DNA of 64,000 nt, from positions 44,540 through 108,539 of the forward strand of contig DCWA01000022.1 of NCBI GenBank assembly GCA_002327445.1, read 5' to 3'. A model generated the notes under the pieces. The model had not been told where the DNA came from. It ran no database searches and was given only the letters and a program-made list of their open reading frames with translations. The stretch is from Desulfobacteraceae bacterium UBA2174 (GTDB lineage Bacteria > Desulfobacterota > Desulfobacteria > Desulfobacterales > UBA2174). Position numbers and translations under genes: made by a program. This document shows, in pieces, positions 14,312-24,695 of the stretch (its first letter is position 1; each line of letters starts with the position of its first letter).

Positions 14312-16126
14312 ATGGCACAGCAAATCGCGGATCGCAGGGATGTGGATTTCGTCCTCCACGAGCAACTGGACGTGGCGCAGTTCAGCGCCCATGAAAAATT
14401 CGAGGAATACAACCGCAAGACCATCGACCTGGTCGTTTCCGAAGCCCGTAACCTGTCCATCAAGGAGATCCTGCCCACCCAGAAGATCGGTGATCAGGAG
14501 GGCTGCCACCTGGAAAACGGCCAGGTGATCGTGCCGGAAGTCTTCCAACGGCTTTACGATATCTTCTGCGAGGGGGAATGGCTGGCCATGAGCGAAGACC
14601 CCCAGTGGGGCGGGCAGGGGATGCCGCGGACCGTGGCCATGGCCTGCGCCGACTACTTCAACGGCGCCAATTACGCCTTCATGATGTATCCGGGCCTTAC
14701 CCACGGCGCCGGCAAGCTGGTGGAAGCCTTCGGCACCGATGAGCAGAAGAAGCTTTTTCTGAAGAACATGTTCACCGGCAAGTGGACCGGCACCATGCTG
14801 CTCACCGAACCCGGAGCCGGATCGGACGTGGGCGCCCTGGAAACCTCGGCGGTGAAAAACGAAGACGGCACCTATTCCATCACTGGTGGCAAGATCTTCA
14901 TTTCCTCCGGCGAGCATGGCCTGGTGGAAAACATCATTCACCCGGTGCTGGCGCGCATCGATGGGGCTCCGGCCGGCACGAAGGGCATATCGCTGTTCAT
15001 CGTACCCAAGATCTGGGTCAATCCGGACGGGTCCCTGGGCGAGCCCAACGACGTGGTCTGCACCGGCGTGGAAGAGAAGATGGGCATTCACGGCAACCCC
15101 ACCTGCTCGTTGACTCTCGGCGGGAAGGGGCAGTGCCGCGGCCTGCTGCTCGGGGAGGAAAACAAGGGGATGCGCGCCATGTTCCTCATGATGAACGAGG
15201 CGCGCCTGCTGGTGGGCATGCAGGGATTCTGCTGTGCGTCGGCCTCCTACCTCAACGCGTTGGACTACGCCCGCCAGCGGATCCAGGGCAAGAACCTGCT
15301 GCAGATGATGGACAAGGACGCTCCCGCGGTGCCCATCATCCAGCACCCGGACGTGCGGCGCATGCTGATGACGATGAAGACCTACATCAGCGCCATGCGG
15401 AGCCTGCTCTACTACGTGGGCTTCTGCGAGGACATGAAGCACGTCACCGACGATGAAGCGGTGGCCGACAAGTACCAGGGGCTCATCGAGGTGCTCACCC
15501 CCATCGCCAAGGGGTATGTCACCGACCGGGCCTTCGAGATGTGCAACCTCGGCATGCAGGTCTACGGCGGCTACGGCTACATCCGCGAGTATCCCCAGGA
15601 ACAGCTGGTCCGCGACTGCCGCATCACCCAGATCTACGAAGGGACCAACGGGATCCAGGCCATGGACCTGCTCGGCCGCAAGCTCGGCATGAAAAAGGGC
15701 AAGCCGGTGATGGATCTGTTCGGCGAGATCCAGGCCACCATCGCCAGGGCCAAAAAGGTGGAAAGCCTCCAGCCGGCGGCCGAAGCGGTCGAGAAGGCCC
15801 TCAACAAGCTCGGCGAAATCGCCATGCACATGGGCGCCACGGCCATGAGCCCCAAGGTCCTGGCGGCCTTCGCCCACGCTTATCCGTTCATGGATGCCAG
15901 CGGCGACGTGGTCATGGCCTGGATGCTCCTCTGGCGCGGCGTGGTGGCCGACGAGAAGATCAAGACCGCCAAGAAGAAGGATCAGGATTTTTACGAAGGG
16001 CAGTTCAAGCAGCTCGATTTCTTTGTCCGGTCCATCCTGCCCATCACCATCGGCAAGATGAAAGCGATCCAGAACACCTGCGAAGCGGCCGTGGAGATCA
16101 GTGACGACGCCTTCGGCGGCAAGTAG
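14312..16126 (+). CDS. Long-form acyl-CoA dehydrogenase (about 600 aa, with C-terminal extension)
   Basis: ATG 14312 follows GGGAG. Contains ACAD motifs (LTEPGAGSD, IYEGTNGIQAMDL). Confidence 0.85.
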   Translation: MAQQIADRRDVDFVLHEQLDVAQFSAHEKFEEYNRKTIDLVVSEARNLSIKEILPTQKIGDQEGCHLENGQVIVPEVFQRLYDIFCEGEWLAMSEDPQWGGQGMPRTVAMACADYFNGANYAFMMYPGLTHGAGKLVEAFGTDEQKKLFLKNMFTGKWTGTMLLTEPGAGSDVGALETSAVKNEDGTYSITGGKIFISSGEHGLVENIIHPVLARIDGAPAGTKGISLFIVPKIWVNPDGSLGEPNDVVCTGVEEKMGIHGNPTCSLTLGGKGQCRGLLLGEENKGMRAMFLMMNEARLLVGMQGFCCASASYLNALDYARQRIQGKNLLQMMDKDAPAVPIIQHPDVRRMLMTMKTYISAMRSLLYYVGFCEDMKHVTDDEAVADKYQGLIEVLTPIAKGYVTDRAFEMCNLGMQVYGGYGYIREYPQEQLVRDCRITQIYEGTNGIQAMDLLGRKLGMKKGKPVMDLFGEIQATIARAKKVESLQPAAEAVEKALNKLGEIAMHMGATAMSPKVLAAFAHAYPFMDASGDVVMAWMLLWRGVVADEKIKTAKKKDQDFYEGQFKQLDFFVRSILPITIGKMKAIQNTCEAAVEISDDAFGGK

Positions 16127-16151
16127 GGAACCCCGCGGGATTTCGGGTTTG

Positions 16152-16182
16152 CAGCGGCCGGGAACGCGCTTCCCGGCCGCTG
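16152..16182 (+). terminator. GC-rich hairpin after the acyl-CoA dehydrogenase gene
   Basis: CAGCGGCCGGGA / TCCCGGCCGCTG gives a perfect 12-bp stem. No clear T-tract follows, so its terminator function is uncertain. Confidence 0.4.
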
Positions 16183-16316
16183 TCCGGCGCGGGCAGATTC
16201 CCCTTGACCGACTTTTCTCAAACCGGTATTGAACGAAGCTTCATCGCTTCATTTCCGCGCTTTTCGATTCGACGCAGCAGGAGCGCCTTCAAGCAAAACG
16301 GCAACGAGGTACCGTG

Positions 16317-18395
16317 ATGGAAACTGTCCTGATTTCGCCCGCCAAGGCATGGTTTTTCTTTATTCCGACCTGGATTTTCAGTTTTTTGATTCCGGTGGCC
16401 GGCGTGGCGGTATTCACCTATCTGATCGCCCTGCGCCTGGCTCCCCTGGTGCGGGCGGCGCCGGATCGGCGTTTCAACCGGATTCCGGAGCGCTTGAGGC
16501 AGGTGCTCAAGATCTGGCTCGGCCAGTGGCGGCATCCGCGTTACATGCTCGCCGGGGTCTTGCACATCATCCTCTTCGCCGGTTTTCTCAGCCTGTCCAT
16601 CCGATCCTCGCAGATGGTAATTCTCGGGATGGTGGACGGCTTCGTCTTCCCCGGATTCGACTCCTTCATCGGCGCGGCCTACGATATTCTGCGGCAGATC
16701 ATGGCCACGGCGGTGTTTGTCGTCGTGGTGGTTGCCGCGATCCGCCGGGGGATCTTCAAGCCGGCCCGCTACGCCGTGCCGGCGCAGTACGGCAAGGATC
16801 ACACCGTCGAGGCGGTTTTCGTGCTGGCACTGATCGGCACCTTGATGGTCACCGAGGCCCTTTTCGACAGCTCGCTGGCCGCCGCGGCCCATCAAAAGGG
16901 GATGCACGCGGAAATCCTCGTGCCCATGAGCCTGGCCTGGATCTTCGCCCGGATGCTGGCCGCCACTCCGGCGGAGAGCCTTCAAACCCTTCATCTGGTT
17001 TCCTACTATCTACACGATCTGACCTTCTTCTTTTTCCTGTGCTTCCTGCCGCTCGGCAAGCATTTCCATGTCATCACCTCGATTTTCAACGTTTTCTTCA
17101 TGCGCCTGGACAAGGGCAACGTCAAACCGGTGCGCCACGGGGTGGCCGACGACAAGCTCGACGATCTGGAGTCTTTCGGGGTCAAGCAGATCGACGATTT
17201 CACCTGGAAGCACATGCTCGATTTCTACAGCTGCGCCGACTGCGGCCGCTGCTCGGACAACTGCCCGGCCAACGCCGCCGGCCGTCCCCTGTCGCCGCGT
17301 TTCATTACCATCAAGGCCCGGGACCAGATTTTCAAAAGCTATCCAGTCTATCCCATCGGCGCTCCCTTTACCAAGAGCCCCCCGCTGATCGGCGGGATTT
17401 ACAGCGAAGCGGAGATCTGGTCCTGCACCACCTGCGGGGCCTGCGAAGAGGAATGCCCCCTGGGCATCGAGTACATCGACAAGATCATCGACTTGCGCCG
17501 CGGCATGGTCGATGACGGCAATGTGCCCCAGAGTCTGCAAAAACCGCTCAGCGCCATCGAAAAACGGGGCAATCCCTGGGGCAAGATGGAAAAGAAGCGC
17601 GCCGACTGGGCCAAGAACAAGGAATTCGCCGCCGACTGCGAGGTGAAATTGGTGGAGGCCGGCGATACGGCTGAAACCCTTTACTTCGTCGACAGCATCA
17701 CCTCCTACGACGACCGCATGCAGAAGATCGCCCAGGCCACTGCCCGGGTGTTGACGACCGCCGGAATCGACTTCGCCATCCTCGGCAAGGAGGAAAAGGA
17801 CAGCGGCCACGAAGTGCGGCGCTTCGGCGAAGAGATGCTGTTTCAAGACCTGCGGAGCCACAACACCGAGATGATCCAGGAGTCGGGGGCCAAACGCATC
17901 GTCACCGCCGACCCCCATGCATTCAACGCCCTGCGCAAGGACTACAAGGACATCCCGCCGACAGAGCACATCAGCCAGACCATCCTGCGCAGCATCCAGG
18001 AGGGGCGCCTGCGCCTGAAACCCGTCGACTCCGAGGGCAAGATCTACACCTACCACGATCCCTGCTACCTCGGCCGGCACAACGGCCTCTATGAGGAGCC
18101 GCGGCAGGTCCTGGATACCATTTCCGGGCTCCGCCGGGTGGAGATGACCCGTAGCCGGGATCGCAGCTTCTGCTGCGGCGGCGGCGGGCTGATGCTCTTC
18201 TACGAGCCCGAGGAGGAGCAGCGTATGGGTGTGATCCGGGTGAAGATGGCCGCCGATGCCGGCGCCAACGTCATCGTGACCGCCTGTCCGTTCTGCCTGG
18301 TGAACATCGAGGATGCCATCAAGGTCGCCGGTCTGGAAGGGAAAATGGAAGCCATCGACCTGGTGGAATTGATCGATCAACACGCCGAGCGGTAG
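16317..18395 (+). CDS. Membrane-anchored Fe-S oxidoreductase (HdrD/DsrK-like, CCG domains), ETF:quinone-oxidoreductase type
   Basis: N-terminal hydrophobic helices, two ferredoxin-type motifs (CADCGRCSDNCP, CTTCGACEEECP) and C-terminal CCG-type motifs (SFCCGGGG, CPFC). Sits between the acyl-CoA dehydrogenase and etfBA. Confidence 0.75.
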   Translation: METVLISPAKAWFFFIPTWIFSFLIPVAGVAVFTYLIALRLAPLVRAAPDRRFNRIPERLRQVLKIWLGQWRHPRYMLAGVLHIILFAGFLSLSIRSSQMVILGMVDGFVFPGFDSFIGAAYDILRQIMATAVFVVVVVAAIRRGIFKPARYAVPAQYGKDHTVEAVFVLALIGTLMVTEALFDSSLAAAAHQKGMHAEILVPMSLAWIFARMLAATPAESLQTLHLVSYYLHDLTFFFFLCFLPLGKHFHVITSIFNVFFMRLDKGNVKPVRHGVADDKLDDLESFGVKQIDDFTWKHMLDFYSCADCGRCSDNCPANAAGRPLSPRFITIKARDQIFKSYPVYPIGAPFTKSPPLIGGIYSEAEIWSCTTCGACEEECPLGIEYIDKIIDLRRGMVDDGNVPQSLQKPLSAIEKRGNPWGKMEKKRADWAKNKEFAADCEVKLVEAGDTAETLYFVDSITSYDDRMQKIAQATARVLTTAGIDFAILGKEEKDSGHEVRRFGEEMLFQDLRSHNTEMIQESGAKRIVTADPHAFNALRKDYKDIPPTEHISQTILRSIQEGRLRLKPVDSEGKIYTYHDPCYLGRHNGLYEEPRQVLDTISGLRRVEMTRSRDRSFCCGGGGLMLFYEPEEEQRMGVIRVKMAADAGANVIVTACPFCLVNIEDAIKVAGLEGKMEAIDLVELIDQHAER

Positions 18396-18401
18396 GCGGC
18401 G

Positions 18402-18487
18402 AGTGACTGGAAAAGTGACTAAAGTGACTAAAGTGACTAAAGTGACGAGTGCCTAAAGTGGCAAGTGACTAAAGTGCCTAAAGTTGA
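18402..18487. repeat. Tandem array of about 10 units related to AAAGTGACT (mostly 9-bp period)
   Basis: AGTGAC/AGTGCC/AGTGGC cores at 18402, 18414, 18423, 18432, 18441, 18448, 18457, 18464, 18473 and 18482. Confidence 0.9.
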
Positions 18488-18569
18488 TGAGTCGCTGCGC
18501 TCCGGCAATTTTTAAAACAAATGACAAAACGGAATCTTGCAGAGAACCGATACCCCAGACAGCAAATAG

Positions 18570-18597
18570 CCGATAACTGATAACCGATAACCGCCAA
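18570..18597. repeat. 4 x 7-bp tandem repeat CYGATAA/CCGCCAA
   Basis: CCGATAA CTGATAA CCGATAA CCGCCAA, read directly upstream of etfB. Confidence 0.85.
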
Positions 18598-18641
18598 CTT
18601 TTAACCGGGAGCAGAAAAACCCAACTCGCGGGAGGACAATC

Positions 18642-19424
18642 ATGGAGATTCTGGTTTGTATCAAGCGGGTGCCCGACACCTCGGAAAACGAGATCGCCCT
18701 CAACAGTGCGGGCAACGACATCGAACGGGACGATCTGGTCTATTCGGTCAATGAATGGGACAATTACGCCGTGGAAGAGGCCATTCAGATCGTGGACCGG
18801 GTCGGTGGCAGCGTGACGGTGGTCACGGTGGGCGACGACGAGTCCGAGGAGGTGCTGCGGCGGGAGATGGCCATGGGCGCCAACAAGGGCCTGCTGCTGG
18901 CCGATGACGCCTTCGCCGAGACCGACGGACGCGGCATCGCCACGATTCTCAAGGCCGCGGTGGCCAAGGGCACCTATGACCTGATTCTCACCGGCGCCCT
19001 CGCAGACGACGGCGCCGGGCAGGTGGGCGGCATGCTGGCCGCGATGCTCGACTACCCCTTTGCTTCGGTGGTGAACAAGATCGAAACCGTCAACGACAAG
19101 ACGCTGAAGATCGGCCGCGAGATCGAGGGCGGCAACCAGGAGATCAGCGAGATTTCGCTGCCCTGCGTGCTGTCGATCCAGACCGGCATCAACGAGCCGC
19201 GCTATGTCGGCATCCGTGGCATCCGCAAGGTGGCCTCGGTGGAGATCCCCACCCTGGCGGCGGGCGACCTCGGACTGGACGCCGCGGCCCTGGCACCGAA
19301 GGTCAAGCGCCTGGATTACTTTGTGCCCGCGCTGGGCAAGGGCGCCGAGATGCTGGAAGGCTCCACCGAAGAGATCATCGCCAAACTGCTCGAAATGCTC
19401 AAGGCCAAAGGAGGGCTGAAGTAA
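18642..19424 (+). CDS. etfB: Electron transfer flavoprotein beta subunit
   Basis: MEILVCIKRVPDTSE...NEWDNYAVEEA is the classic EtfB N-terminus. Confidence 0.93.
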   Translation: MEILVCIKRVPDTSENEIALNSAGNDIERDDLVYSVNEWDNYAVEEAIQIVDRVGGSVTVVTVGDDESEEVLRREMAMGANKGLLLADDAFAETDGRGIATILKAAVAKGTYDLILTGALADDGAGQVGGMLAAMLDYPFASVVNKIETVNDKTLKIGREIEGGNQEISEISLPCVLSIQTGINEPRYVGIRGIRKVASVEIPTLAAGDLGLDAAALAPKVKRLDYFVPALGKGAEMLEGSTEEIIAKLLEMLKAKGGLK

Positions 19425-20392
19425 TGGCACAGATCTTCGCATACATCGTTCACAAGAACGGCGTGGCCGACGATACGGCCCTGGAACTGCTCACCGCCGC
19501 CAAAAAGATCGATCCGGCGGCCTCCGTGACGGCCATCGTGACCGGTGAGGGTAGCGCGCTGGATGCCGTGGCCGGCCAGGTCGCCAAGGCCTACAACGAG
19601 GTGTGGAAATTTTCGGCTCCGGTGTTCGCCTATCCCAACGCGGAGGCGGTTCGCCCGCTGCTGGTCAAGGTGTTGCCGGCCGGTGCGATCCTGCTCGTGG
19701 CCCACGACACCTTCGGCATGGACCTGGCGCCGGGGCTTTCCATCAAGTTGAATGCGGCCCTGGTGACGGACGTGGTCGGCATTGAAGGCCTTGATGGAAG
19801 CACGCTGAAGCTGGTGCGCCAGGAATTCGGCGGGCAGGTGAGCACCCATGTGGCCGCCGACGTTTCCACCGGTGCCGTGCTGACTCCCCGGGCGGGTTCC
19901 TTCACCGCCGCCGAAGCGGCCGCCTCCGGCCCAGTGGTCGACAAGTCGGCCGAGGCGGGGGATCTGGTTGTCAAGCGGCGTTTCATCGAAGTGGTGGCCG
20001 CCGAGGTGGGTGATGTGGACATCACCAAGGAAGACGTGCTCGTGTCCATCGGTCGCGGCATCGAGGAGCAGGACAACATCGAGATCGCCCAGGATCTGGC
20101 CAAGGCCATGGGCGCGGTGGTTTCCTGCTCGCGGCCCATCGTGGATGCCAAGTGGCTGGAGAAATCGCGCCAGGTCGGCACCTCGGGCCAGACCGTCAAA
20201 CCGAAGGTCTATCTTGCCTGCGGCATCAGCGGATCGTTCCAGCATCTGGGCGGGCTCAAGGGCAACCCCTTCATCGTGGCCATCAACAAGAACGCCAAGG
20301 CCCCCATCTTTCAGGTGGCCGATGTGGGCATCGTGGCCAACATTCTCGAGTTCATGCCGGCATTGACCGAGGCGATCGAGGAAGGCAAATAG
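19424..20392 (+). CDS. etfA: Electron transfer flavoprotein alpha subunit
   Basis: 322 aa. The C-terminal FAD motif is PKVYLACGISGSFQHLGG...IVAINKN. Its start overlaps the etfB stop (TAATG). Confidence 0.93.
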   Translation: MAQIFAYIVHKNGVADDTALELLTAAKKIDPAASVTAIVTGEGSALDAVAGQVAKAYNEVWKFSAPVFAYPNAEAVRPLLVKVLPAGAILLVAHDTFGMDLAPGLSIKLNAALVTDVVGIEGLDGSTLKLVRQEFGGQVSTHVAADVSTGAVLTPRAGSFTAAEAAASGPVVDKSAEAGDLVVKRRFIEVVAAEVGDVDITKEDVLVSIGRGIEEQDNIEIAQDLAKAMGAVVSCSRPIVDAKWLEKSRQVGTSGQTVKPKVYLACGISGSFQHLGGLKGNPFIVAINKNAKAPIFQVADVGIVANILEFMPALTEAIEEGK

Positions 20393-20431
20393 GCCTTTCG
20401 CGGATTTCCCGTTCCGGCCTCACGCATCATT

Positions 20432-20473
20432 CCGGCCGTCGCTCCAGACAGGAGCGGCGGCCGGTTTGTTTTT
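20432..20473 (+). terminator. Rho-independent-type terminator after etfA
   Basis: Stem CCGGCCGTCGCTCC / GGAGCGGCGGCCGG followed by TTTGTTTTT. Confidence 0.7.
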
Positions 20474-20479
20474 GGCGGT

Positions 20480-21301
20480 TCAGCACTTGCAGACCGGCTG
20501 GTAGATCCCCGGGCGGCGGCGGGGCAAAAAATAGCGCATCCGGTGGGAGCGCACGGCGGCGAGCAAATCGGCCTTGAGGTCGGCGGTGAGCAGTCCCTCT
20601 CCGGAAAGGGTACGTTTGGCCAGCAGGGCGCCGTCGGGTCCCAGGACCAGGGCGAGACCCGGAAAACTCAGGTCACTGCCGCCTTTGCTCGTCTGGTTGC
20701 AAGCCACCACGAAGAGGCCGTTGTCAAAGGCCCGGGCCGGCAGATGGCGCAGCCACGAAGCGAGCTTGCCGCGGGAGGTGAGGCGGGGAGAGGCGTGGGG
20801 CACGAAGATCACCTCGGCACCGGCCAGGGCCATGCATGTGGTCAGCTCGGGAAAATGAACATCATAGCAGAGCTGGATGCCGAAGCGCACCCCACGGGCC
20901 TCGAACACCGGCGCGGCCTCGCCGGGGCTCAAAACCTTCTCCTCGGGAGGGGCGACGTGGAGCTTGCGGTAAACCGCGCCATGTCCGTCGGGGCGAAAGA
21001 CCCGGTGCTCGGCGTAGAGGCGTCCGTCTTCCGAGGCGAAGGCCAGGCCGGCGAGAATGACCAGGTTGTACTCCCGGGCGATTTGGGCGGCCCGTTGCAT
21101 CGCCGGATCGTTTTCCCGCAATGCCGTTTGCCGCAATTCCTCACCCATGGCGTACCCGGTGAGATTGAGTTCGGGAAAGCAGACGATTTGAACGTGGTCG
21201 GCCGCCGCGCACTGGCAGAGGCGTTCCATCGTGTCGAGGTTGCGGGCAACGTTTCCCGGCCGGCAGCGGCACACCGCCGCGGCAATGCGGATGTCTTGCA
21301 T
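20480..21301 (-). CDS. Carbon-nitrogen hydrolase (nitrilase superfamily)
   Basis: Glu-Lys-Cys triad context: CFPELNLTGY, YRKLHV, IQLCYDVHFPE. Confidence 0.8.
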   Translation of the reverse strand: MQDIRIAAAVCRCRPGNVARNLDTMERLCQCAAADHVQIVCFPELNLTGYAMGEELRQTALRENDPAMQRAAQIAREYNLVILAGLAFASEDGRLYAEHRVFRPDGHGAVYRKLHVAPPEEKVLSPGEAAPVFEARGVRFGIQLCYDVHFPELTTCMALAGAEVIFVPHASPRLTSRGKLASWLRHLPARAFDNGLFVVACNQTSKGGSDLSFPGLALVLGPDGALLAKRTLSGEGLLTADLKADLLAAVRSHRMRYFLPRRRPGIYQPVCKC

Positions 21302-21451
21302 GGTTTTTCATCCCATTCCGGGTCGAGACCCGAGGCTTGTTTCAGATGTTAGAGGCGAATCAGGGCGTTGCCGCGGGATAACCGAAAAACGAGCTGCAGC
21401 GACAGGTCCGCGGAAGTCATTTTCGCCGCTCAGGGAATACCGGAAAAATGA

Positions 21452-21557
21452 TGTGGCGCAAAACGCCACATTGTGATGCTTTTTGCACCTACGTCATAAC
21501 CTTTCGAAATTTCAAAGATTCCATTTTTTTTAGAAAAATTTGGCGCAAAATGCATCA
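21452..21557. promoter_or_regulatory. Cluster of related palindromic sites (candidate enhancer/UAS)
   Basis: TGTGGCG-CAAAA-CGCCACA lies at 21452-21470. TGATGCTTTTTGCACC (21474-21489) and its near-inverted copy GGCGCAAAATGCATCA (21542-21557) match 14/16 after reverse-complementing. Confidence 0.45.
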
Positions 21558-21658
21558 AATCCCGAAGATTCGCATGAGGTTTCCAATTTTTTCCAAATTT
21601 CTAAATTATAGCTTATAAACAACAGGATACAAAATATCCAAGCCAGTGCGATCCTTCT

Positions 21659-21674
21659 TGGCGCGATTCCTGCT
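21659..21674 (+). promoter_or_regulatory. Sigma-54-type -24/-12 promoter TGGCGCG-ATTC-CTGCT
   Basis: GG and GC are separated by exactly 10 nt, as in the TGGCACG-N4-TTGCW consensus. Lies about 58 nt upstream of ATG 21732. Confidence 0.55.
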
Positions 21675-21731
21675 CCATCCAAGGGCAACCCCCGGGCTTC
21701 CGGGGCAACCCAAGACAAGAAGGAGGCAGTC

Positions 21732-22634
21732 ATGGCCACTGAAAAATCATCTGGTCGTCCGGTCGTCTATCGCACCCAACAAGATGAATGCGTTTGGAGC
21801 CAGGCTGGGGTCATCAAGCCGGTAAAATGCATCAACGCCTTCGATTGCCTCGGCTGCAGCTTCGACCGGAAGGTGCAGGAAGACTTCCAGGTGCGTGAAC
21901 GTGCCAAGGGAGAGACGAGCCTGGCCCACACCCCGCCGCGGCTGCGGATGCTGATCAAGGATCTCAAGTGCCGCCACATGCTCAGCGGGCGGGTGGCCTA
22001 CAAGCTGTGCGCCCACGGGTACAACTGTGTCAAGTGCCCTTATGACATGATGATCGAGGATACCGCCACCGCCGCTACCCTTTCTACTCCGGCCTTCGCG
22101 TACGTTTCCGGTTTCACCCTGGCACGGGACTACTACTACCTGCGCGGGCACAGCTGGGCCCGGGTCGAATACGGCGGCCGCGTGCGCGTCGGTTTGGACG
22201 ATTTCGCCCTGCGCCTCTTCGGGCCCCAGGATCGCATCGATCTGCCCGCCCTGGGGGATACGGTCGGCCAGAACCGCCCCGGGGCCGTTCTGAACCGGGG
22301 CCGCAGCCAGGCCGCGACCCGCAGCCCGGTGGACGGCAAGGTGGTGGCCATCAACCCGCGGATCGGGCGCCAGGCCGATACGGCCAACCAGGCCCCCTAC
22401 AACGAGGGGTGGATGATGGTGATCCAACCCTCCAACCTTCGAAAAAACCTGAAAAACCTTCTTTTCGGCGAGGAAAGCCTCGCCTGGATGGACGACGAGG
22501 CCGGACGCTTGAGCCGCAAGGTCAGCGCCACCGCCGGTTACGCCATGGCCGCCGCCGGTGGCGAGGTCATCGGCGACATCTATGGGACGGTACCCGGCCT
22601 GGACTGGAACGAGCTGGCCGAATCATTTCTGTAG
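21732..22634 (+). CDS. GcvH-like (glycine-cleavage H fold) protein with Cys-rich N-terminal extension
   Basis: The C-terminal half, HSWARVEYGGRVRVGLDDFA...SPVDGKVVAINP...APYNEGWMMVIQP, follows the GcvH pattern. The N-terminal 100 aa carries about 9 Cys (CINAFDCLGC, CAHGYNCVKCP). Confidence 0.7.
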   Translation: MATEKSSGRPVVYRTQQDECVWSQAGVIKPVKCINAFDCLGCSFDRKVQEDFQVRERAKGETSLAHTPPRLRMLIKDLKCRHMLSGRVAYKLCAHGYNCVKCPYDMMIEDTATAATLSTPAFAYVSGFTLARDYYYLRGHSWARVEYGGRVRVGLDDFALRLFGPQDRIDLPALGDTVGQNRPGAVLNRGRSQAATRSPVDGKVVAINPRIGRQADTANQAPYNEGWMMVIQPSNLRKNLKNLLFGEESLAWMDDEAGRLSRKVSATAGYAMAAAGGEVIGDIYGTVPGLDWNELAESFL

Positions 22635-22740
22635 AAGCGGTTCGCCCCCCGCTCCAGGCACCGATACGGTGGCCCCCGCAGAGGTCACGGAGACCGCACG
22701 CTCTGTGTCTCTCTGTGGGGAATCGATTTTTGCACGAGGA

Positions 22741-23339
22741 TCAATGCCGGTCAGGGGTGGACCGGATTTCGCGGACCAGGTTGCGCACCCGGCGCGCGAT
22801 CTCGTACTGGCAGGTATCGCAGAAGGCCATGGGCAGTTCGTCGAGCTGAGCTACGTTCCGCGGTGACCGCATGAGGCATTGGGGCTGCCAGCAGTGGCCC
22901 AGTCCGAGCACATGGGCCATTTCGTGAAGGCTGACCTTGACGAGCCTCTCCAGCTTCCGCCGCCCTCCGGCGTCGGTCAACCGGTAGGTGGAAACCACCG
23001 CCATGCGTCCCCCCAGCTGCGATTCGCCCAGAACATAGGTCAAGATGGGCGTGGCGATGTCGCTTCCGATGAGGCCCAGGCCCAGGGTGGGCCCGGGAAA
23101 CGCCCGGGCCAGGGCGTTGATGAGCTGCACGGCGTCGTATTGACGCCGCGCCTCCATGAAGGCATCGGGGAGAACGGGAAAGGGTGGAAGGATGTCGGCG
23201 GCCAGGTCCATCAAGGCCTGAAGGTTGGCGGCCACCACTTGGCAGGACAGGTCGTCCACCGGACCGAGGGGGATCAACCGCACCAGCGCAATGGCAGGCC
23301 CCTGTTCCACCTGAGCGGGGACCGGGTCGAGCGACGTCG

Positions 23340-23343
<4 letters not shown>
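22741..23343 (-). CDS. Archaemetzincin-like zinc metalloprotease
   Basis: HEMAHVLGLGHCWQPQCLMRS...FCDTCQ fits the archaemetzincin HEXXHXXGX3CX4CXM...CXXC pattern. ATG overlaps the upstream regulator stop (ATGA). Confidence 0.75.

Positions 23344-24691
<1,348 letters not shown>

Positions 24692-24695
<4 letters not shown>

Noticed and set aside
18402-18487. Possible CRISPR array (also considered for the arrays at 4664-4857 and 55452-55550).
   Set aside because: The repeat period is only 7-9 bp with no unique spacers of 25-40 bp, and there are no cas genes in the window.
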